From the sequence record DRR723986_4746: DNA of 51,876 nt, one strand, 5' to 3'. The translations under genes and the position numbers were made by a program. Shown piece after piece: positions 20,433 through 27,644 of the stretch. A model generated the notes under the pieces. The model was not told the DNA's origin. It made no database searches and saw only the letters and a program-made list of their open reading frames with translations. Position 1 is the first letter of the stretch, and every line of letters starts with the position of its first letter.

Positions 20433-22052
20433 ATGTCGCGTTTTAGCTCGACTGAGCGATTTCTGTCGCTGTTCACCACCTTGCGCCCCGGAGAGGGGAC
20501 AGGCGCGGTGCGGATCTGCGTGCAGTCCTTTGTGATCATGTTTGCCTACTACCTGCTCAAGGTGATTCGGGAACCGCTGATCCTTGCCGATGGATCGGCG
20601 GAACTGAAAGCCTACTCCACCGCATTCCAGGCCCTGCTGCTGATGCTGATCGTGCCCCTGTTCGCCCGCGCCTACCAGCAGGTGAGCAAACTGGAAGAAA
20701 AGCACCACCTGTTTCGCAACACCCTGCTGTTTTTTATTGGCAACCTGGTGATCTTCGGCCTGCTGCACAGCATCGGCGTGTCCATCGCCATCGCGTTCTA
20801 TGTCTGGCTGGGTATTTTTTCGGTGATGGTACTGGCGTTGTTCTGGGCCTTCGCCGCCGATCTGTACAACCTCAAGTCCGGTCAGCGAATTTTTCCGCTG
20901 ATTGCCGCAGCCTCCGCTTTCGGCGCGCTCCTGGGCTCGGGTCTGGCCAGCGATATCGACCTGCGAATCGGTCATGAGGGCGTCATGGGCCTGGCCGCCA
21001 CCCTGCTGTTGATTCCCTGGTGGCTGAGCCGCAAAACCGAGCAGCACATTCCTCTGGGTTCCCGCTCCCATACGCTGGAGCGAGGTGATGACCGCCGCTA
21101 CCCGCTGATGGAGGGCTTCCAGATCATCTGGCGCAGCCGCTACCTGACGCTCATCGCCGGCTTTGTGATCGTGCTCAACCTGATCAACACCAACGGTGAA
21201 TACATCCTGGCGAGCTTCGTCACCGATGAGGCCTACCTGCACAACCAATATACCGGCAGCGTGGACGAGTACATCACCCTGTTCTATTCCCAGTACCTGT
21301 TCCTGACCACCCTGATCAGTTTCCTGATCCAGCTGTTCCTGGTGTCGAGGATCTACGAGCGCATCGGTATTGCCGGCGCGCTCCACCTGCTACCCATCCT
21401 GATGATCGCGAACTACAGCGTGATTGCCGTATTCCCTGTGCTGGCTGTCGTGCGGCTGGCGATGGTAGCGGAGAACAGCCTGAATTACTCGCTGCAGACC
21501 ACCACCCGCCACGCGCTGTTCCTGCCGGTGAGCCGGGAGGAGAAATACGTCGGCAAGCACACCATCGATACCTTCTTCTTCCGGGTAGGCGATGTGCTCT
21601 CGGGCAGTTTCGTCTACCTGGCCAGCGCCGTGATCGGCGTCAGTCTGGTGGGTTTCGTCGCGGTTAACATCGTACTGGCGGGAATACTGCTGCTGCTATC
21701 CCGTGCAATCGGTCGGCGCCACACGAGCAACGCCGCAGAGAAGCTCAACAACATGGCCCCGGTGGTAGGATCCCCGCCGCGGGATGTGTTTGTACCCGCA
21801 GGCCAGCTTACCGAGCTGGCAATCGAGCCGGAAACCTTCATCGATCCGGACGTGGGCGACGCACTGAAGTACCACGCCTTCGCGGCCCATTCCCAGCGCC
21901 TGCCAGGCTGGGTAAAGTTCGACGGGCTCAATCGTCGCTTTGAATTTACCCCGCCCGCCAGCAGTGCCGGCAGCCTGCGGATCCGGATCGTAGCCCGGGA
22001 CTTTGACGGCCTTGAAGCCGACGTGTCCTTTACCGTGAACTACGGCTCCTGA
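20433..22052 (+). CDS. NTT/TLC-family nucleotide carrier homologue with a C-terminal cadherin-like (CADG/He_PIG) Ig domain
   Basis: About 12 hydrophobic segments with YYLLKVIREPL, FWAFAADLY...QRIFPLI and YSLQ...LFLPVSREEKYVGKHTID. The last ~100 aa read NMAPVV...FIDPDVGD.L.Y...LPGWVKFD...IVARDFDG. Confidence 0.8.
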   Translation: MSRFSSTERFLSLFTTLRPGEGTGAVRICVQSFVIMFAYYLLKVIREPLILADGSAELKAYSTAFQALLLMLIVPLFARAYQQVSKLEEKHHLFRNTLLFFIGNLVIFGLLHSIGVSIAIAFYVWLGIFSVMVLALFWAFAADLYNLKSGQRIFPLIAAASAFGALLGSGLASDIDLRIGHEGVMGLAATLLLIPWWLSRKTEQHIPLGSRSHTLERGDDRRYPLMEGFQIIWRSRYLTLIAGFVIVLNLINTNGEYILASFVTDEAYLHNQYTGSVDEYITLFYSQYLFLTTLISFLIQLFLVSRIYERIGIAGALHLLPILMIANYSVIAVFPVLAVVRLAMVAENSLNYSLQTTTRHALFLPVSREEKYVGKHTIDTFFFRVGDVLSGSFVYLASAVIGVSLVGFVAVNIVLAGILLLLSRAIGRRHTSNAAEKLNNMAPVVGSPPRDVFVPAGQLTELAIEPETFIDPDVGDALKYHAFAAHSQRLPGWVKFDGLNRRFEFTPPASSAGSLRIRIVARDFDGLEADVSFTVNYGS

Positions 22053-22055
22053 GCG

Positions 22056-23387
22056 TTAAGCGACCTCAGCCTGCTGCCGGGCCTGCTGCTCCTCATACTC
22101 GGCAAAGCGGCGACCGGCATAGCGCGCCGCGATCACCCAGACCACCAGCAGCACCAGGGTAATGATGCTCAGGTAGCGCAGGCTCTCGAAATCCTTGAAC
22201 AGGAAGGTCAACCCGAGGCTGATCACCACGGCAATCGACTTGGCAAAACGCTGCACAAACATATCGATAAACGCCTTGGCGCGGTATTTCTCGGCGGCGG
22301 AGGTCGGCACATAAAGCGCTTCCTTGGCCGACTGGTTGATGGAATAACTGAAGGCGTTATCCACCGTGTTGAGCAGGCTGCCGGCCCACAGAATCGGGAA
22401 TAGCAGGAATGCGCTGGACCCAAGGGCGATCGCGCAGGGCAGTACCAGCAGTGCAATGCCAATGCCAAACCGGGACATGACGAAGCCGGTCAGGAACAAC
22501 TGGACCAACAGGGACACCCAGTTGGTAATACTGAAAACCAGCGCAAACTGCGCGCCAATCTCGGGGCCACTCAGGTAATGGGCAATGGTGGCTGTGAACT
22601 GGAAATCCAGCATAGTGGATATGACTTCGTAGAGGCCGACGATCGCCACAATCGACAACAGGTAAGGCGAACGAAACACCAGGCGGGCACCCTCGGTGGC
22701 CGCACTGTGTTCCTGCTTCTCCGGCGCTGCCGTCGCGGCCGCTGCCAGCGGCACCTGGACATGACGACCCGCTGACCAGGCTGCCGTAATGATCAGCAGG
22801 GCCAGGCCGACGCAGACCCACAGCCAGTCCTGGTAGGAAAGCGACTCGATATTCACCCGCACCACCGTGGAGCCGAAAACACCGCCGGCGACCCCCCCAA
22901 GCCCCACCAGCCCATACATCCGTCGAGCAGTGTCCGGGCGCACGGCATCGTTGAGGAAAGCGAAAAACGTCGCCACCATCAGGGTCGAGAACAGGTCACC
23001 GAACAGGTAAAAGCTCCAGACGCCGGGACCTTCCGGATTTGCCAGACGTGACGAGAAGACGACGTAGCAGGCAATAAAGAACGCCGAAAAGGCGAAGGTA
23101 AGCTGCTGCCGGCGCAGCCGATGGCTCAACCAGCTGAACACAACAACCGCCACGAAGGCGACCACCATATTCAGCACCTTTGCCAGCAGCTCCGCCTGGG
23201 CGGCAGAGAAACTGACCGAGAGCAGGTCGAACCCATCGGTATCGTAATACTCGATAAACAGGCCCTTCTTCAGCGGCTTGAGAATCCAGAAACTGGTGAT
23301 TACCAGGAAGAAGTAGCAAAACATGGACAGGGCCAGCGGCCACTCGCCCGGACGGATGTCCATGGAAGCCTTGAACGGGTTTTTCAT
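22056..23387 (-). CDS. NTT/TLC-family nucleotide carrier homologue
   Basis: FWILKPLKKGLF, FFAFLNDAV...ARRMYGLVG and YSINQSAKEALYVPTSAAEKYRAKAFID; about 12 TM segments. Confidence 0.85.
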   Translation of the reverse strand: MKNPFKASMDIRPGEWPLALSMFCYFFLVITSFWILKPLKKGLFIEYYDTDGFDLLSVSFSAAQAELLAKVLNMVVAFVAVVVFSWLSHRLRRQQLTFAFSAFFIACYVVFSSRLANPEGPGVWSFYLFGDLFSTLMVATFFAFLNDAVRPDTARRMYGLVGLGGVAGGVFGSTVVRVNIESLSYQDWLWVCVGLALLIITAAWSAGRHVQVPLAAAATAAPEKQEHSAATEGARLVFRSPYLLSIVAIVGLYEVISTMLDFQFTATIAHYLSGPEIGAQFALVFSITNWVSLLVQLFLTGFVMSRFGIGIALLVLPCAIALGSSAFLLFPILWAGSLLNTVDNAFSYSINQSAKEALYVPTSAAEKYRAKAFIDMFVQRFAKSIAVVISLGLTFLFKDFESLRYLSIITLVLLVVWVIAARYAGRRFAEYEEQQARQQAEVA

Positions 23388-23429
23388 CAGACCGCCTTTC
23401 TCCTGTTCTTATACGCGGTGGCTATGGCA

Positions 23430-23454
23430 CGGGCGGCGCGGGTCACGCCGCCCG
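23430..23454. other. GC-rich intergenic hairpin without a U-tract
   Basis: CGGGCGGCG-cgggtca-CGCCGCCCG, between the phosphatase-kinase gene and the NTT gene. Confidence 0.45.
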
Positions 23455-23461
23455 GGGAGAA

Positions 23462-25363
23462 CTAGCTTTTCCCGGTGCCCTGCGCTTCCTTGAGGATACG
23501 GTCCCGGCGTTCCAGGATCGCCTCGATCTGGCGCGGGTGCAGGTAGTCGGAAAGCTCCGCCGTCAGGCGCGCCTCGTCCAGCGACTCTAGCTTGGAGCGC
23601 AGCAGGTCCGACACCATGAGGGTGACCTTACGATACTGCTTGGGTCGCGAGTCACTGCTGCGGAACGCCAGGCTGTGGTCGATAAAGCGCAGCATGAAGT
23701 CATCTTTCGACCACAGGATATTGGTGAGATTGCGGTCGTCATTGTGGATCAGGATGTCAAAAATAAAACGCAGCCGGTACTGCTCACTCTGCTTGCAGTA
23801 GCCACTGAATGATACTTCCTCCTCCAGTCGATCGCGTTCATTGATAGCATTTTCAATCCAGTCAGACAGGGCACCCTCATCGCCATCGACCGTCGACAAC
23901 ACCGCGGCAGGCACCATCTGCAGATCGATCATGCGATCCAGCTTGTAGGCTGCGACGTCGTAGACATAGCGGTCCGCATCGTCATTGCGACGCGGGATGT
24001 AGCGCTCCTTGCTCTCGATGCCGGGGTGGGTATCCTCATACTTGAATACCGCATCATTGCTGACGCCTTCCCGAGTCTGGCGCACCCGCTTGGGCTTGGT
24101 AATGCCGGTGCCGATATCCTTGACCGAGACGATTTCGGCGGTGCGCATAAACTCTTCCAGTTCGGTATCGGTCATGGCCGATAGCTGTTCAGAAATACTG
24201 CGCTGCTCAGGTACCGGTGACGCACGTTCCCCACTGCCGAGGTAGTGCACGTAATCCTCTCCGTCACCGGAGATCAGTGCCGAGGCGCGGCCCCGGTAGA
24301 CACTTTTCAGCATTCCGGTATCGAGGCGGATCGCCAGCCCTTCCATCCGCTCCAGCACCTCGCCACGGGACGGCGTATGACCCATCACCAGCTGGCTCGC
24401 CCCGACCCGCTTGAGGAAACGCTCGGTGTTATAGGACTCCGCATACGGGTGACAGAGCGCGGTACCGCGGTACCAGTTGGGGCTGTCATCACTGAATACA
24501 AAGGCCTGCTGGGCTTCGAATACCTCGGTGAGCGGCTCAAACCATGCGGCCCTGGCCTTGGGGTTCTGCACTGCATAGCTCTCGGCCGCCGCATTCAGGA
24601 ACCCAAGTCGATCGTGGTAGCCCACGTGCCAGGGCATGACACCGGCGGCCCGCAGCTCATCCATATTGGCGAGGAAATTGCGCAGTTCACCCTGCATCTT
24701 GTTGTTGATCGCCTCAATACTGTCCTCGCTCACAGCACTGGCAATACCACCGTGCATATAGACCTTGTCGTTGACCTTGATGACAAAGGGTTGCTGCACC
24801 AGCCAGCTGCCCAGCGCTCCCTTGCTCGAGTACGCCTTGCGCAGGGCAAAGAATCCGGGCGGATAGCTACTGTCGAAACTGGCGCGCACCTCGGCATCCT
24901 CACCGCCCGTGTTGAAGCGCCGATAGTCGGCGAAGCCCGCATCGCGATCGGCCTGTGTTTCATCCCCGGCGAAGGCGGCGAACTCAGCCGCTGAGACGTA
25001 GCGCAAGTCACCGGTCATGACCATGACTTCGTGATTACCCAGCACCATATGCACTGCCCCACCGGCCGCATCCGCCTGGCGATCGAGCTTCATCAATAAT
25101 TCCACCACCTTGCGCGAGCCGGGCCCTCGGTCGATCAGGTCACCCAGGGACACCAGGGTGGTATTACCTCCGGCCCAGTCCAGTCCGGCGTTAACCACCC
25201 CCACTTCCTGTAGCAGCGCGACCCAGTCGTCGTAGGCGCCGTGGACATCGGCAAAGGCGACAACGCGACCCGGCGCCTTGAAGTCATAGGGATCAGCTGC
25301 CTGCGCCGTGGCGATCAGGCCAGTGGCAAGCATGGCGATAAGGAACGAGATGGTGAGGCGCAT
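23462..25363 (-). CDS. Exported fusion protein: Shewanella-like (Shelph) metallophosphoesterase plus C-terminal atypical kinase-like domain (FAM20/PI4K-like)
   Basis: Signal peptide MRLTISFLIAMLATGLIATAQA. Phosphoesterase motifs ADVHG, GDLIDRG, GNHE, HGG, WYRG, GHT, LDTG. Kinase-like motifs IGTGITKP, AVFK, DVAAYKLDR, FDILIHNDDRNLTN, IDHSLAF. Start set at the ATG at 25363 after AGGGAAGG. Confidence 0.8.
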   Translation of the reverse strand: MRLTISFLIAMLATGLIATAQAADPYDFKAPGRVVAFADVHGAYDDWVALLQEVGVVNAGLDWAGGNTTLVSLGDLIDRGPGSRKVVELLMKLDRQADAAGGAVHMVLGNHEVMVMTGDLRYVSAAEFAAFAGDETQADRDAGFADYRRFNTGGEDAEVRASFDSSYPPGFFALRKAYSSKGALGSWLVQQPFVIKVNDKVYMHGGIASAVSEDSIEAINNKMQGELRNFLANMDELRAAGVMPWHVGYHDRLGFLNAAAESYAVQNPKARAAWFEPLTEVFEAQQAFVFSDDSPNWYRGTALCHPYAESYNTERFLKRVGASQLVMGHTPSRGEVLERMEGLAIRLDTGMLKSVYRGRASALISGDGEDYVHYLGSGERASPVPEQRSISEQLSAMTDTELEEFMRTAEIVSVKDIGTGITKPKRVRQTREGVSNDAVFKYEDTHPGIESKERYIPRRNDDADRYVYDVAAYKLDRMIDLQMVPAAVLSTVDGDEGALSDWIENAINERDRLEEEVSFSGYCKQSEQYRLRFIFDILIHNDDRNLTNILWSKDDFMLRFIDHSLAFRSSDSRPKQYRKVTLMVSDLLRSKLESLDEARLTAELSDYLHPRQIEAILERRDRILKEAQGTGKS

Positions 25364-25437
25364 GATTTTCCTTCCCTGTGGCTCGAGTCTCTGGCTGTTG
25401 ATTCTAGCGGCTTGACCGGGGAATGCCACGTCCGCGA

Positions 25438-27582
25438 CTAATCCACCCAGCCGAGCACATCACGCACGACCGACCAGCGCGGCTTACGATCGCGGGATGC
25501 CCCACCCAGCATCCAGTAGCGGTGCAGCCGATCAACAGTCCCGTCCTTGCGTTTCAGGTCCACCCAGTTGCTGACAAAGGCCTGCATTTCCGTGTCGCCC
25601 TTGGGCACGGCGTAGGCTGCGGGGTAGCGTATTCCGCCGCTGCGTGACCTTGCCACCGAATAGCGCGGATAGCGGTAGGCGTAGGCAGCGCCCTCTTCCG
25701 CGGACAACAGGAGAGCATCGGCTTCCACTCCATTGCCATTAAAGAAATCCTCCGCCGCCTCGAGCATTACAATCCGGGCGTTGGGCAGCATGCGGCGCAG
25801 CTTGGGTTCAAAGTAGTGGGAACTGACCAGCGCGATGGTCAGGTCGTCCATGGCGCGCAGTGCCGCCGGATCGCTAAAGAGTTCTCGCTCGTGGTCGGGC
25901 ACGACGAAAGCCAGGTTGAGGTCCAGGTAGGGCTGGGAGAAGGAGGCACGGGCAAAGCGGTCCGGCAAGGCCGCGATACAGGACATGGCCATGTCGATCT
26001 GACCGGATCCCAGCATGCGGCTCAGCGCATCAAATTCGAACGGCACAAACTCCAGATCAACGCCGATATCCTCTGCAAGGATATGGGCCATTTCGACGTC
26101 GAAGCCTACCAGTGAACCATCTGGCGTCAGGAAGCTGCAGGGCAGGTTGCTGGGCCGGTAGCCCACCTGCAGGACACCGGTGCGCAGGATATGGTCCAGC
26201 CGGGTACCGGCAAGCTGGGTGACACTGGCCTCGGGGACATCTTCCGAGACCCGGGCGCTGACCCGCTCTTCCATCAGGTGCAGTTGCGCCAGAACCGACT
26301 CACGAGCGGGCGGCTCCGGCACGAAGGCGGTGAAATAGGTGCGCAAGCCGACCACCATGATCGCCAGGCTGGCGCCGGTGATGAGCAGGTAGCGCGTCAG
26401 CTGCGGCCACTTCACCTTGACCAGGCCACCCAGCGCCAGCGTGCCAAGCACGCTGACCACAATGATATGCAGGGCCGCGAGCATCGCCCCGAAGCGCCCC
26501 ACCACCACGCCGGTTACCAGGAACAGCTGAAACATGTCTGCCGGCACCCGCAGGCTGTCCAGCATATAGGGCACCGCAACATTCAGGCTGCCGAAGAGGC
26601 TGAGCAGGCCATTGAACGCCAGCGCCAGGCTGGCGGAAAAACTTACCTGCGTATCGGTAAACCAGGCGGCAAACAGGACATACAGGATCACCAGCAGCTT
26701 GCCGAGCGAGGGGAAATTGAATGAGACAGGAACGATGATATCGATGGCGGAATCGGCGTCGCCACGCTCGACGCCGTGTTTATGCAACAGTGCTTTGCAG
26801 TTCTCGGCGATCTGCGGCAGCACGACAAACTGGTTGCCGGTAGCAAATGCCGTCACCAGCGGATCGCGAAATGTGGCCAGAACCTCACGGAATGGAATGC
26901 CACTGACCGCTGCTACAAGGCCCGGAAATATCCAGAACGTTACCAGGGCCGCCAGGCAGACATAGGTGATCAGGTAAACCTGCACCCGACCCAGTTCTTC
27001 CACTGTCATGGTACCGGCCGCCGCCGCTGCTATGGCGAAAATGCCAAAGGGTGTTAGCTGGATTACGGCGTTATTGATCCTGCTGAGTGCGTCCGCCATG
27101 CCATCGAATATCGGCAGGATAGCGCCCTTCTGCTCTACCGAGATGAATGCGACGCCCATCAGGATACTGAAGAACACCACCGCAGGAACCAGGTTGTGGG
27201 AAAGGGAGTAAAACACGTTGGACGGGAGGTAAAGCTCGAACAGGTTGACCTGCTCTACCGCATCGGCCTGCATGCTGCTGAAGAAGGCAGCAGTTTCCAA
27301 TTCAGGGAACGACAGGGCAGCGGCGAAGATCATCGCCAGGGCCAGGCCCCAGATGGCCAGGAGCACAACGGCGCCTCGTACCGCCAGCCGCTTGGCCTGG
27401 GCCATTTGCATGCGGCCGAATCCGGCGATCAGCGACACGACAATATAGGGCAGCACGGTAATCTGCAGCAGCCGGACGAATACATCGCCGACAACCTTCA
27501 GCTCGGCGACCAATTCGCCAAAAAACAGGCCGGTGGCGATACCCGCCGCCAGCCCGACCATGATTCTGCCCGAAAGGCTCAT
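25438..27582 (-). CDS. Dicarboxylate/amino acid:cation symporter (DAACS) fused to a C-terminal family-3 solute-binding domain
   Basis: N-terminal GDVFVRLLQITVLPY, VVFFSILMG, LTPFGIFA. C-terminal GVLQVGY...GSLVGFDVEMA...FSQPY. Confidence 0.85.
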   Translation of the reverse strand: MSLSGRIMVGLAAGIATGLFFGELVAELKVVGDVFVRLLQITVLPYIVVSLIAGFGRMQMAQAKRLAVRGAVVLLAIWGLALAMIFAAALSFPELETAAFFSSMQADAVEQVNLFELYLPSNVFYSLSHNLVPAVVFFSILMGVAFISVEQKGAILPIFDGMADALSRINNAVIQLTPFGIFAIAAAAAGTMTVEELGRVQVYLITYVCLAALVTFWIFPGLVAAVSGIPFREVLATFRDPLVTAFATGNQFVVLPQIAENCKALLHKHGVERGDADSAIDIIVPVSFNFPSLGKLLVILYVLFAAWFTDTQVSFSASLALAFNGLLSLFGSLNVAVPYMLDSLRVPADMFQLFLVTGVVVGRFGAMLAALHIIVVSVLGTLALGGLVKVKWPQLTRYLLITGASLAIMVVGLRTYFTAFVPEPPARESVLAQLHLMEERVSARVSEDVPEASVTQLAGTRLDHILRTGVLQVGYRPSNLPCSFLTPDGSLVGFDVEMAHILAEDIGVDLEFVPFEFDALSRMLGSGQIDMAMSCIAALPDRFARASFSQPYLDLNLAFVVPDHERELFSDPAALRAMDDLTIALVSSHYFEPKLRRMLPNARIVMLEAAEDFFNGNGVEADALLLSAEEGAAYAYRYPRYSVARSRSGGIRYPAAYAVPKGDTEMQAFVSNWVDLKRKDGTVDRLHRYWMLGGASRDRKPRWSVVRDVLGWVD

Positions 27583-27644
27583 CGGTAACCCGTCTTCCTC
27601 GACTCGTTCACGGCGTCAATCATACACAATCAATGCGCAGACGA

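Noticed and set aside
20289-21386. 365-aa minus-strand ORF
   Set aside because: Antisense to the NTT-Ig gene, with no domain signal.
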